Positions 49,107 to 59,067 of a stretch of 64,000 nt of DNA are shown in pieces. Under the pieces are notes generated by a model, which made no database searches, was not told the DNA's origin, and saw only the letters and a program-made list of their open reading frames with translations. Position 1 is the stretch's first letter, and each line of letters starts with the position of its first letter. The translations under genes and the position numbers were made by a program. Source of the DNA: an uncultured Fibrobacteria bacterium (lineage in GTDB: Bacteria > Fibrobacterota > Fibrobacteria > UBA11236); NCBI GenBank assembly GCA_963716395.1, contig OY970309.1, forward strand, positions 3,360,001 to 3,424,000, given 5' to 3'.

Positions 49107-49135
49107 ATCTTAGCCGCGCGCGGCAAAGCTGTCAA
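49107..49135 (-). promoter_or_regulatory. sigma70-type promoter TTGACA-N17-TAAGAT upstream of hpf-hprK
   Basis: Perfect -35, 17-nt spacer and near-consensus -10 in the rpoN-hpf gap. Confidence 0.7.
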
Positions 49136-49184
49136 GAGGATTTCCTGGCCAACCTGTCCGTTTCCGGGACGGCGGGCAGAGGCC

Positions 49185-50804
49185 TCAATATTGCTTGCGC
49201 AGGCGCGCCGGCAGAATTTCCAACTGGTCGCGGTACTTGGCCACGGTGCGGCGCGCCACGTCGATGCCCTTGGATTTCAGGATTTCCACGATTTTCTGAT
49301 CGCTCAAGGGATGGTGTGCATCTTCGGATTCGATCAATTTTTTGATTTCGTCTTTGGCCGCCACCGAAGACACCTCGCTACCGTCGCTTTGCGCCACTCC
49401 GGCCGTGAAGAAATACTTGAGCTCGAAAATTCCGTGCGGCGTCTGAACGTACTTGCCATTGGTGACACGGCTCACGGTGGAGATGTGCATGCCGATTTTG
49501 TCGGCCACATCCTGTAAAATCAAGGGCCGCAAATGGGTGGCCCCGAGTTTGAAAAAATCGGGTTGGGCCTCCATGATGGCGTGCATGACTTTGAGCATGG
49601 TCGATTTGCGCTGCTCGATGGCCCGGATGAGCCAGGTGGCCGAGTTCAGCTTGGCGCGCACGAATTTCTTCTCTTCGGAATTGGCGCGGCTGCCTTTGCG
49701 CAACAGATCGGCATAGGCCCGCGAGACGCGCAGCGAAGGCAAGGTGCGGTCGTTGAGCATCAGAATGAGCTCGCCGTCGATCTCTTCCACCACTAGGTCG
49801 GGTATCACCGAAGCCGCCGAAGTGCTGCCCAGCAAGCGACCGGGATGAGGCTCCAAAGCGCCGATCTCCTTGACGGCGGCCTGGATCTGTTCGGGCGTCA
49901 CGTCGTATTTCTTGGCCAAGGCTGCTATCTTGAGCCGCTCCAGCAATTCGAAATCCTCTTCGACCATGCGCTGGGCCAAGGGGCCGATTCGATCGGTGCG
50001 ACGAATTTGCAACAGTAAGCATTCCCTCAGATCACGTGCTCCAATTCCTGCGGGATCAAAGGATTGCAGCACATGAAAGGCTTCCCGCACCTGCGGGTCG
50101 GAAGCTTCGAGCTTGAGGCGGTTTTCCAGCACAGCCTGGATTTGCAGATGGCGCGGATCGGGATCGGCCGCGGGCACTAGGCCTTCGGACGCGATGGTTC
50201 CGTACACGTCGCTCACCAGGTAGCCGCGCTCGTCGAGGCTGTTGACCAGATATTCGACCAACTCGGCCACTGCGGGCGTCACCTCGCGATCCTGCAATTG
50301 CGCCAGCAGGTGATCTTGCATCGACTTGGCATACACCGGCACCTTTTCAAAGCGCTCGTCGGGGTTTTCGAGTTCTTCACTGCGCTTATTGCCGATGTCG
50401 AAACCCTCTTCGAGATAGCTTTCCCAGTCGATTTCCTTGCTCTGATCCGACTCGGCGATGACCCGATCCAACGGTTCTTCTTCGCGCGGGGAAAATTCGG
50501 GCTCGGTCCCTTCGGATGGCGCTTCGGGTACCGCCGCCTCCTCTTTGGACTCGGTGGACTCGGGAGCCTCGGCTTCCGCGGTTTCGTCTCTTTCGGCGCG
50601 TTCGTCTTCGGCTTTTTTCTCCTCTGCGGAGACGGACTCGCCCTCCTCGGTCGGCTCCAAAAGTGGATTGGTTTCCAGCTCTTGCTGCACCAGGGCTTCC
50701 AACTCCATCGAGGTCATCTGCAGGAGTTTGAGCGACTGGATCATCTGGGGGGAGAGCCGCTGCTCGAGCCCCACATTCATGTTGAGATCCAATCCGAGAT
50801 TCAT
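49185..50804 (-). CDS. rpoN: RNA polymerase sigma-54 factor
   Basis: PQMIQSLKLLQM region I, DPAGIGARDLRECL, HISTVSR, RpoN box ARRTVAKYR. Confidence 0.97.
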   Translation of the reverse strand: MNLGLDLNMNVGLEQRLSPQMIQSLKLLQMTSMELEALVQQELETNPLLEPTEEGESVSAEEKKAEDERAERDETAEAEAPESTESKEEAAVPEAPSEGTEPEFSPREEEPLDRVIAESDQSKEIDWESYLEEGFDIGNKRSEELENPDERFEKVPVYAKSMQDHLLAQLQDREVTPAVAELVEYLVNSLDERGYLVSDVYGTIASEGLVPAADPDPRHLQIQAVLENRLKLEASDPQVREAFHVLQSFDPAGIGARDLRECLLLQIRRTDRIGPLAQRMVEEDFELLERLKIAALAKKYDVTPEQIQAAVKEIGALEPHPGRLLGSTSAASVIPDLVVEEIDGELILMLNDRTLPSLRVSRAYADLLRKGSRANSEEKKFVRAKLNSATWLIRAIEQRKSTMLKVMHAIMEAQPDFFKLGATHLRPLILQDVADKIGMHISTVSRVTNGKYVQTPHGIFELKYFFTAGVAQSDGSEVSSVAAKDEIKKLIESEDAHHPLSDQKIVEILKSKGIDVARRTVAKYRDQLEILPARLRKQY

Positions 50805-50810
50805 AAAAAC

Positions 50811-51536
50811 TCAACCCAGGGAAAAAGATTTTCCCAAATAAATCCGGCGGGCTTCCTCGTCTTGGGCGAGATGTGCCGCCGTACCCTCGATGAGTACGCG
50901 GCCTTCGAACATGATATAGGCCCGGTTGGTAGTTGCCAAGGTTTCTCGCACGCTGTGGTCGGTGATCAAAATCCCCATTCCACGATCACGCAAGGTAAAT
51001 ATAACCGATTGAATATCTTCGACCGCGATGGGGTCGATGCCCGCGAAGGGCTCATCAAGCAGCAAAAAGTCGGGCCGCGTGGTCAAGGCGCGGGCAATTT
51101 CCAGACGGCGACGTTCACCGCCGCTCAAGGTGTACGCCTTGTGTTTGCGCAGATGAGCGATCTTGAATTCTTCCAGCAATCGCTCGCTTTCGGCGCGCCG
51201 TTCGCGACCGCGCATCTTTCGGGTCTGCAAAATCGCCAGCAGGTTTTGCTCCACCGTCAACTTGCGGAACACCGATGTTTCCTGGGGCAAATACCCGATG
51301 CCCAGGCGGGCGCGGCGGTACATGGGCAGGTGCGACACTTCGCGGTCGCTTAAGAAAATGCGTCCGGAATCGCCGCGAATCATGCCTACGATCATGTAAA
51401 ACGAAGTGGTCTTGCCCGCGCCGTTGGGGCCGAGCAGTCCCACCACCTCGCCTTGACCCACATGAAAGGTGACGCCGTCGACCACCCGGCGGCCGCCGTA
51501 GGTTTTGACCAGCGCCTCGGCGCGAATTTCCTTCAC
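50811..51536 (-). CDS. lptB: LPS export ABC ATPase
   Basis: GPNGAGKTT, LSGGERRRLEIAR, LLDEPFAGIDP, ITDH; upstream of rpoN. Confidence 0.96.
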   Translation of the reverse strand: MKEIRAEALVKTYGGRRVVDGVTFHVGQGEVVGLLGPNGAGKTTSFYMIVGMIRGDSGRIFLSDREVSHLPMYRRARLGIGYLPQETSVFRKLTVEQNLLAILQTRKMRGRERRAESERLLEEFKIAHLRKHKAYTLSGGERRRLEIARALTTRPDFLLLDEPFAGIDPIAVEDIQSVIFTLRDRGMGILITDHSVRETLATTNRAYIMFEGRVLIEGTAAHLAQDEEARRIYLGKSFSLG

Positions 51537-52717
51537 GATTTCCCCTTCCGCAGCGCCGAGGCGGTATCGTGCCGGGACGATCCGCCCAGGCTCTGCCCCT
51601 GATACACGCCGCGTGCATGGCCGTGGATCAACACCTGGTCCACCTTGCCGTTCCGGAAATCGAAGGCGATGGTGTCGCCCACCGCCTTGTTCTCGCCTTG
51701 CAAGGTGTCTTTTTCAAAATGATAGTAGGTGCTGTGGGCCCCGCCCACCACCTCGGCATCATGCACCTGCTTTTGGCGGAAGCGCAGTACCATGTACTCG
51801 CCATTCATACGGTTCACATAGGCCGGACGATTGACGTCGAAATAGGTCCCCACGGCTTGGCGGAACACTTGCACGCTTTCCACGGCGCCGCGGTGAAAAG
51901 CCATGAACAGCGAATCGCCGTCGACCTGCGATTGTCGCGCCGCGGTCGAGTCGGTGGCCGGCTCGCGCGATTGCGCCTGCGCGTCGCCCGCGACAAAAAG
52001 ACCGCGCAAGGTCTCCCCCGCGAGCCCCAGCCGCATGCTCAGCCCCTGCACATCGCTTTCAGCCACTCGAATGCGGGGCTGCCCGGTTATGAACAGGGAA
52101 TCGTCGCGTTGGCGGTATTCGGCGCGCGCGCAGGTGATGCGCATGTCCTGCCGCGTGATGACGACGTCGCCTTCGGCCAGCGAAATGCGGGTGGAATCGT
52201 TGGAATGCAGCACCCGACCGCGGATGAGCAAGGTGTCGGGCCCGCGCCCGCGCGCGCTGTCCTTGGCCGAGGTGTCGGGTGGATAGATACGCCGCACCAG
52301 CGGATCCCCCGTCAGCACGGCTTCATGCGTCAGCCGGTCATAGGTAAGGCGATTGCCCTGCCCCTCCATGCTGTCGGCGGTGTCGCGAAAAAAAACCTGC
52401 CCTTGGGCCACGGCGCGGTTGGTCGCCTTATCATAAGAGCCGAGATCGGCCGTGAGCACGGCGGTGCCCTGGGTGATGCGCAGGGCGGCTTCGCATTCCA
52501 CCTTGTTGGCATCGCGCTGCCACACCGCCCGCTCGGTTTCGAGCCGAAGGTTGCCGTGGCGAAAGCGCACATGCCCGGTCAGAATGTATTCGCCTTGCAA
52601 GCGCAAACCCTGCATATGATCCGCATTTTCCATCACCAGCGGTTCCGTATCGGCCGGGTTTTCGGGCGGCGATGCGACCGTACCGAGCGCGCACAAAGCC
52701 AGCCAAAAAAAGCGCAC
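51533..52717 (-). CDS. lptA: Extended LptA/OstA-like beta-jellyroll protein
   Basis: Signal peptide, repeated G.V / L.G jellyroll strands, located between lptC and lptB. Confidence 0.75.
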   Translation of the reverse strand: MRFFWLALCALGTVASPPENPADTEPLVMENADHMQGLRLQGEYILTGHVRFRHGNLRLETERAVWQRDANKVECEAALRITQGTAVLTADLGSYDKATNRAVAQGQVFFRDTADSMEGQGNRLTYDRLTHEAVLTGDPLVRRIYPPDTSAKDSARGRGPDTLLIRGRVLHSNDSTRISLAEGDVVITRQDMRITCARAEYRQRDDSLFITGQPRIRVAESDVQGLSMRLGLAGETLRGLFVAGDAQAQSREPATDSTAARQSQVDGDSLFMAFHRGAVESVQVFRQAVGTYFDVNRPAYVNRMNGEYMVLRFRQKQVHDAEVVGGAHSTYYHFEKDTLQGENKAVGDTIAFDFRNGKVDQVLIHGHARGVYQGQSLGGSSRHDTASALRKGKS

Positions 52718-52720
52718 CGG

Positions 52721-53335
52721 TCAAGGCTCCGAATCTGCGGAGGCGGGATGGGCCGAGGTGTCGCGCGCCTTACGGATCGAAGAGGAATCCAAAGCGCGGG
52801 CGCGGGCCGCGGCTTTCTGGAACACACCATGAACGTCGGAGAGGATTTGCCAGTTGTTCAGGTTGGCGTCCGACACGAAACCCTTGCCCGTCAGTTCGTC
52901 GCCGTTTTCGGCGATGACGTGCACGCGCGCTTCGGTGCTGACCTGGTTCAGGCTTTTGTTCCACCGCAGGGAATCGGTGCGCAAATCCATGCCCTGGCGC
53001 GAGCGGCCGTGTACGTGCCCCTTGGCCATGAGAAAGTTCACCGCTTCATCCACCACGCCCGAATCGGCAATCACCCACACCAAAGGCGCGCCCAGGCTGT
53101 CGTAGACCACCAGATCGACGGGCGCCGCGCGCACCAAATCGGTATTCGGCCACTTCACCATGTACCGGGTTTTCAGCCGCCAACTCAGGCGCGACCCATC
53201 ATGCATGTCGAGCACGGTGGTATCGCGGTATACCGCCAGCGGGTAGGTTCGGATCGGAGTCTTTCCCTTTTCGGGGTGTCCTTCCTGCGAGCAAGCCATT
53301 ACACAAACGATCGCCGCCGCGGCTGGTATTCGCAT
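52721..53335 (-). CDS. lptC: LPS export protein LptC (lipoprotein type)
   Basis: Lipobox-like VMAC, ADSG, G.V, L.TDSL.W, G.GF.SD; operon position. Confidence 0.85.
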   Translation of the reverse strand: MRIPAAAAIVCVMACSQEGHPEKGKTPIRTYPLAVYRDTTVLDMHDGSRLSWRLKTRYMVKWPNTDLVRAAPVDLVVYDSLGAPLVWVIADSGVVDEAVNFLMAKGHVHGRSRQGMDLRTDSLRWNKSLNQVSTEARVHVIAENGDELTGKGFVSDANLNNWQILSDVHGVFQKAAARARALDSSSIRKARDTSAHPASADSEP

Positions 53336-53388
53336 CGATCGAAAAATACCATTGCCTATCCCCCCCCATTGCTATATTTCATCTTCCC

Positions 53389-54789
53389 TTGAGACCCAAA
53401 AGAGATTTAACGCAAGGGGCCATCCTTCCCCACATCACGCGCATGTCTTTGCCGATCCTGATCGGCATGATGGCGCAAATGATGCTCAACATCATCGATG
53501 GCATCTATGCCGGCCATCTGGGCATGGAGGCCAGCGTCGCCATTTTGAATTACGGCTTTCCCCTGTTTTATCTGCTCTTCGCCTTTTTCAACGGCCTAAG
53601 TATCGGCACCAATTCGGTGCTGGCCCGATACCTCGGGGCCAAAAAAGAAGCCGAAGCCGAAAACGCCCTGGGGCAAATCATTTGGATCTGCCTGGCGCTG
53701 TTTGCGCTGGTGATCGTGGTCTATCCGCTGGCGATGCCGCGCTATCTGGTGTTTCTGAAAGCCAACGCCGAAACGACCAAATTGACCCATGATTTTATGA
53801 CCTATCTGTTCGTGGGCATGCCCTTTATTCTGGTCTCGCTCTCGCTGGGAGGCGGGCTGCGCGCCGAAGGCAATATGCGAACTCTGGCCACGTCGCAAAT
53901 GCTGGGGGTGCTGGCCAACATTCTGATCGCACCCTTCTACATCTTCGGCAGCTTTCATGTGCTGGGCACCCCGGTGCATTTGCATGGCCTGGGCTTGGGG
54001 GTAAAAGGCGCGGGCTTGGCCACCACCACTGCCAATGGCCTGGCCGCACTCTACATCATTCGCTTTTATGCTTCGGGCAAATCGCAACTGCGATGGAGGT
54101 GGAAGCCGAGTTGGGCCACCCTCCAAGGCGTGGTCGACATATTCCGGGTGGGCTCGCCCTCCAGCATTTCCCAAATCCTGATCGGCGTCAACTGGATGAT
54201 CATGACGCGCCTCGCGTCACGCTTCGGCGACAGCGCCGTGGCGGCCATCGGCATCGGCGGCCGCCTGGATTTAATGTCGGTCTTTCCTTCGCTGGCCGTC
54301 ATGGCGTCGGTGCTGACCCTGGTCGGCCAGAATTACGGCGCCGGATTGTATGACCGCGTGCGCGCCACGGTGCGGGTGGGCCTGCTTACCGCCTTCCTCG
54401 GCCTATCCTCCCTGGCTGTGGTGGTCTTTACCTTGCGCCACGGCATCATCAACCTGTTTCACCAGGATGTCCGCACCAGCGCGGCCGCCCTGCATTACCT
54501 CAGCTTTCAATGTCTGGGCTATGGCCTGGTCGGGGTCAACATCTGCGCCAGCGGCGCCTTTCAGGGATTGGGGCGCGGTCTGCCCTATTTGTTTCTCACC
54601 AGCATGCGTCTGCTGGTGATCGCCTTGCCCCTGGCCTATGTGTTTTCGCAGCATCTGGGCGAATACGGGTTGCACTATTCGCCCGTGATGGCCAACCTGG
54701 TCACGGCCGCCATCGGTACCGTCTGGATTCTCACCGCCGTGCGCAAGCTGTCCCCGGCGGCGGCTACGACGGTGCGGGTGGCGGAGTGA
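53389..54789 (+). CDS. MATE family efflux transporter
   Basis: DLTQG..., MSLP, NIIDGIY.G.LG, LRAEG, GQNYGAG; ~12 TM. Confidence 0.92.
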   Translation: MRPKRDLTQGAILPHITRMSLPILIGMMAQMMLNIIDGIYAGHLGMEASVAILNYGFPLFYLLFAFFNGLSIGTNSVLARYLGAKKEAEAENALGQIIWICLALFALVIVVYPLAMPRYLVFLKANAETTKLTHDFMTYLFVGMPFILVSLSLGGGLRAEGNMRTLATSQMLGVLANILIAPFYIFGSFHVLGTPVHLHGLGLGVKGAGLATTTANGLAALYIIRFYASGKSQLRWRWKPSWATLQGVVDIFRVGSPSSISQILIGVNWMIMTRLASRFGDSAVAAIGIGGRLDLMSVFPSLAVMASVLTLVGQNYGAGLYDRVRATVRVGLLTAFLGLSSLAVVVFTLRHGIINLFHQDVRTSAAALHYLSFQCLGYGLVGVNICASGAFQGLGRGLPYLFLTSMRLLVIALPLAYVFSQHLGEYGLHYSPVMANLVTAAIGTVWILTAVRKLSPAAATTVRVAE

Positions 54790-55202
54790 ACGCCGCGAGC
54801 GGGCGATCCACCCTGCATTTGCAGGTGCGTTATTCCGAAACCGACGCCATGGGATTCGTGTATTACGCCCATTACCTGGTGTATTTCGAAGTGGCGCGCA
54901 CCGCGGCCTTGGCCGAGTTGGGGCACCCGTATTGGGAGATGGAAAAGGCGGGAATCTTCATTCCCGTGCTCTGCGCCCATTGCGACTATCGGAAACCCGC
55001 GCGTTACGGAGAGGATTTGGCCGTGCATACGTTGCGATCACGCCGCGGGCATGCCCGCATCCGCTTTGATTACGAGGTACGCGGTTCCGCAGACGCTCTC
55101 ATCGCCGCAGGATTCACCGAACACGCCTTTATGGACAAAAGCGGCAAGCCCATGCGGCCTCCCGCCCCCTTGACGGCTCTGTTTCCGCCGGCCGCGCCTT
55201 AA
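54786..55202 (+). CDS. Acyl-CoA thioesterase (YbgC/4HBT family)
   Basis: VRYSETDAMGFVYYAHYLVYFEVART, Y.KPARY; GTGA overlap with MATE gene. Confidence 0.9.
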   Translation: MNAASGRSTLHLQVRYSETDAMGFVYYAHYLVYFEVARTAALAELGHPYWEMEKAGIFIPVLCAHCDYRKPARYGEDLAVHTLRSRRGHARIRFDYEVRGSADALIAAGFTEHAFMDKSGKPMRPPAPLTALFPPAAP

Positions 55203-55365
55203 CATCGCGCGTGTATCCACCCGGGCGACCCGGGGAAAAGCTTGCGCGGTTCTGTCTGGACCCCGTTTTACGCTGAATTACCCGCCCACAAACTTGGGGA
55301 ACCTGGACGCGGATTGATCACCGACCGCGCCAGCCGGGATAATTTCTGCGTATCGGCGGGGGCCG

Positions 55366-57222
55366 ATGAATACGGATGTCGATGGATTGGAAATACCACA
55401 ACCTATCCGACGGGGGATTTCCTTGGGAGTGCCCGGCCATTTTCCCGGATCGAAAGCTACGGCGGGGATCCCGGCGATGAGCCCGGGCCCATCCGACGCC
55501 GATTGGGCGCCGCAGCTTCTCCGTATTCTGCACCTGGAAGACAACCCCCACGACGCCGAATACATTCACGCAGTCTTGCAAAGCGATCATTTTCCCTGCC
55601 GCATCCTGCGCGTCGAAGATGAAGAAGAATTCGTAAAGGCGCTGCAAGCCTTCAAACCCGATGTGGTGATTTCGGATTTCACCTTACCGCATTTCGACGG
55701 CTTGCGCGCGCTGCAACGGGTCCGCGAAGTCGCCCCCGAATTGCCCTTTCTCTTCGTGTCGGGATCGATCGGCGAAGAGTTTGCGGTGGAATGCCTGCGC
55801 CATGGTGCCCGAGATTATTTGATGAAAGACAAGCTCGCGCGCCTGCCCGCCGCCGTGCGCCGGGCTTTGGACGAAGCGCGCCTGGAAAAGGAGCGTGCGC
55901 TGGCCGAAAACCGTCTCCAACGCTTTGCCTTTTACGACGAGTTGACCGGCATGACCAACCGCGCCTATTTCCTGCAACAATTGCAAGCAGCTCTCGAACG
56001 GCAGCCCGAAGATGCGGAAGCGGCGCCGGCCGTCGTGGTGCTGGGTTTGGACGATTTCAAAACCCTTTGCGACGGATTCGGCTGGGAGGCGGGCGACGGT
56101 CTTTTGCAAATCGTGGCCGGTCATATCCGCAGTGAAATCCCGGCGGCCAAAGTTTTAAGCCGGGTGGGCGGAGACGAATTCGGGTTGCTGTTCGCGGGCG
56201 AACGCGCCCGGGATTTGCATGCGGTGGTGGAAAAAATCCGCCAGGCCTTCCGCAAGCCGCTGGCTTGGCGCGACCAGGATCTGTATCTCACCGTGGGCAT
56301 CGGCGTAGCCGACGCGCAGGCCGGCAAACATTCGGCCGACGAAATGCTGCGCGATTGCGAAAACGCCCTGCACCGGGCCAAGGCCACGGGCAAATCGGGC
56401 TGCGTATTTTTCGACCCCGCCATGCACCGCCAAACGGTCGACTTTCTCGCGGCCGTCAACGATTTGCGGCGGGCCGTGGAAAATCGCGAGTTCTGCGTGC
56501 ATTACCAGCCCTTGCTCGATCTGCGCACCGGGTCCGTGGCCGGATTTGAAGCGCTGGTGCGCTGGCAGCATCCGCGCCGCGGGCTGGTGCCGCCGCTCGA
56601 TTTCATCCCCGTGGCCGAACGCATGCAACTCATCGCGCCCATCGGTGCCTTTGTCCTGCGCGAGGCGTGCCGCACGGCCAAAGAATGGCGCCAAGGTCTT
56701 CCGCAACACCGCGGTCTGCACATGGCGGTGAACGTCTCCTCGCAGCAATTCGAACAAACGGATTTTTCCGAGGAGGTCGGAAAGGTGCTCGCCGAAATGT
56801 CGTTGGAACCCGAAGCGGTGAAGTTGGAAATCACGGAAAGCGGTTTTATCCGCAACCCCGAAGGCGCCATCGACTTGCTGCACCGCCTGCGCAACATGGG
56901 CCTGGATTTGTACATCGATGACTTCGGCACCGGCTATTCCTCGCTCAGCTATTTGCATCGCTTTCCGGTGCAGGCCCTGAAAATCGATTGCTCTTTCGTA
57001 AGCCGCATCGGGGCCGAAGGCGAGAACGGATCGATAGCCGCCGCTATCATCGATCTGGCCCACAACCTGGGTATGCAGGTGGTGGCCGAAGGCATCGAAA
57101 CGGAAACACAATTGGCGTTCCTCAAGGCGCGGGGCTGCGACTACGGTCAGGGCTATTTGTTTTCCCGGCCGCTCACGGCGGAAAACGCCTTCCGTTTTCT
57201 CGCCACCTCTGCGCTACCCTGA
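55366..57222 (+). CDS. REC-GGDEF-EAL response regulator (c-di-GMP turnover)
   Basis: ILHLED..SD..LP REC domain, D.LTG..NR, RVGGDEF, FEAL.RW, DDFGTGYSSL, AEGIE; start may be ATG 55477. Confidence 0.93.
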   Translation: MNTDVDGLEIPQPIRRGISLGVPGHFPGSKATAGIPAMSPGPSDADWAPQLLRILHLEDNPHDAEYIHAVLQSDHFPCRILRVEDEEEFVKALQAFKPDVVISDFTLPHFDGLRALQRVREVAPELPFLFVSGSIGEEFAVECLRHGARDYLMKDKLARLPAAVRRALDEARLEKERALAENRLQRFAFYDELTGMTNRAYFLQQLQAALERQPEDAEAAPAVVVLGLDDFKTLCDGFGWEAGDGLLQIVAGHIRSEIPAAKVLSRVGGDEFGLLFAGERARDLHAVVEKIRQAFRKPLAWRDQDLYLTVGIGVADAQAGKHSADEMLRDCENALHRAKATGKSGCVFFDPAMHRQTVDFLAAVNDLRRAVENREFCVHYQPLLDLRTGSVAGFEALVRWQHPRRGLVPPLDFIPVAERMQLIAPIGAFVLREACRTAKEWRQGLPQHRGLHMAVNVSSQQFEQTDFSEEVGKVLAEMSLEPEAVKLEITESGFIRNPEGAIDLLHRLRNMGLDLYIDDFGTGYSSLSYLHRFPVQALKIDCSFVSRIGAEGENGSIAAAIIDLAHNLGMQVVAEGIETETQLAFLKARGCDYGQGYLFSRPLTAENAFRFLATSALP

Positions 57223-58119
57223 CGGGGATACGCCGCCCGTCGCTCGGGCGGCCGCTTCCAGCAATTCTTCCAGGGCCCGCAGCGAAGCGTCGGCCGGTTT
57301 CAGTCCGGGGAAGCGCTCGTAGGCGTAGTTCACGCCCGAAGAACTGTTCAACAGGTGGAGGGCCATGGTACCGCCCCCCTGGCGGATGGCCCGTATCACC
57401 GACGTGACGTCCCCGCCCTGGCCGCCCGCCACGCCCGGCACGGAGAGGCCGGGAATGAGCAGGGGTACTTCCTTTCCCTGCGCCTGCCAGAAAGCGACCA
57501 ATTCTTCCAGCTCGCGGGGATGGGTGGCCCCGACCACGGCGCCCATATCCTCACGGTCCCAGGCGAGCAGCTTGTGGGCCACCACGCGGTACAGAGGCAT
57601 GCGTCCTTCCGGACCCAGATCCACGATCAAGTCCTGGAAGTCGCGCGCACCGGGATTGGAGGTGCGCACCAGCACATAAACGCCGCGCCCCGGGCGCCCC
57701 TGGAAAGGAGCGATGGAATCACCGCCCATGTAAGGCGCCACGGTCAACGCATCGGCCGCAAAACGATCAAAAGCCATCTCGGCATAAGCCGCCGACGTTC
57801 GGCTGATGTCGCCGCGCTTGCCGTCGAGAATCACCAGCATGCCTTCGCCGCGGTAATCCGCCATCACCTGTTGCAGCGCCGCGAGAGCTGGAATCCCCTG
57901 GGCCTCGAAATAGGCGATGTTGGGTTTGACCGCCGCCGGCAAGACGCGCCGTTTGACCAGCACTTCGAGCAAGTCGGCATAAAACCGGCGTATGCGATCG
58001 GCCGGCGCACCCGTGCCGGGAATTTTGGCGAGAACCGGGTCAAGGCCCACGCACAGGAAATTGCCCGCGGCGGCGATGCGTTGACGTAGACGGAGATGAA
58101 AGGCGGGAAGGTCGGGCAT
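57214..58119 (-). CDS. pyrF: Orotidine-5'-phosphate decarboxylase (type 2)
   Basis: LCVGLDP, KPNIAYFE, ILDGKRGDI, PYMG.DS, RTSNPG, VVGAT. Confidence 0.92.
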   Translation of the reverse strand: MPDLPAFHLRLRQRIAAAGNFLCVGLDPVLAKIPGTGAPADRIRRFYADLLEVLVKRRVLPAAVKPNIAYFEAQGIPALAALQQVMADYRGEGMLVILDGKRGDISRTSAAYAEMAFDRFAADALTVAPYMGGDSIAPFQGRPGRGVYVLVRTSNPGARDFQDLIVDLGPEGRMPLYRVVAHKLLAWDREDMGAVVGATHPRELEELVAFWQAQGKEVPLLIPGLSVPGVAGGQGGDVTSVIRAIRQGGGTMALHLLNSSSGVNYAYERFPGLKPADASLRALEELLEAAARATGGVSPSG

Positions 58120-58242
58120 GGGCCAAAAAAATGGTTTATTCCGGCGCGGTGCGTGGCCTGCGGCGGATTCCCGAGCGGCCGCAGGATGTCGAAGGCCGCA
58201 TTCCTTTGGACCGCTGGGCAACCTTTATAAATTTCCTCGGAA

Positions 58243-59064
58243 ATGGAGGATCCCGCCGCCGAGAAATACAATGCAACCGTGACGGCCGTAACCCGCTTGA
58301 CGCCAGACTTGTTCATCCTGCGCGTCAAACCCGACCGTCCCGTACCGGCATTTGTTTCCGGGCAATACGTCTTGCTCGGGCTGTCGAGCAATGCTCCGCG
58401 GCGTGAAGGCAGCGAACCCGAATTCAAACCGCAAAAACCCGACCGCCTCGTCCTGCGGGCCTACAGTATCGCCTCCAGCGGGCAGGAAACCGAAGAGCTG
58501 GAGTTTTACCTCTCGGTGGTTGCCAATGGCTCGTTGACGCCGCGCCTGGTGCTGCTGGAACCCGGCAGCCGCCTGCATGTGGGCGAGAAAATCCGCGGCT
58601 TCTTCACCTTGGAAGGAGTGCCCTCCGAGCGCGAATGGGTGGTGCTGGCCGCCACCGGTACGGGCCTGGCCCCCTACCTGTCGATGCTGCGCGCGCAGGC
58701 CCATGTATCCCGTCCCTTTCGCCTCGTGATTTTGCAAGGCGCCCCGAAAAGCTGGGAACTCGGTTACCGCAACGAAATGTCGCTGCATGCCCGCTTTTTG
58801 CCCCGCGTAACCTATATCCCCTCCATCACCCGCGTGCGCGATGATCCCTGGTGGACGGGCGACACGGGCCGCATTACCCGCTACTTCGAAACGTCCGTTC
58901 TGCACGAGCGCCTGGGATTGTATTTCGACCCGGCCCGGACCTCGGTGTTTTTATGCGGTAATCCCGCCATGATCGAAGACGTGGGAAAAATCCTGGCGCC
59001 GAAAGGATATACGGTGCATAAGCCCGATACTCCGGGTAGCCTGCACACCGAAGAATACTGGTAG
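58243..59064 (+). CDS. fpr: Ferredoxin--NADP reductase
   Basis: RAYSIAS, G.LTPRL, ATGTGLAPY, LCGNPAMI, C-terminal EEYW. Confidence 0.92.
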   Translation: MEDPAAEKYNATVTAVTRLTPDLFILRVKPDRPVPAFVSGQYVLLGLSSNAPRREGSEPEFKPQKPDRLVLRAYSIASSGQETEELEFYLSVVANGSLTPRLVLLEPGSRLHVGEKIRGFFTLEGVPSEREWVVLAATGTGLAPYLSMLRAQAHVSRPFRLVILQGAPKSWELGYRNEMSLHARFLPRVTYIPSITRVRDDPWWTGDTGRITRYFETSVLHERLGLYFDPARTSVFLCGNPAMIEDVGKILAPKGYTVHKPDTPGSLHTEEYW

Positions 59065-59067
59065 TGC

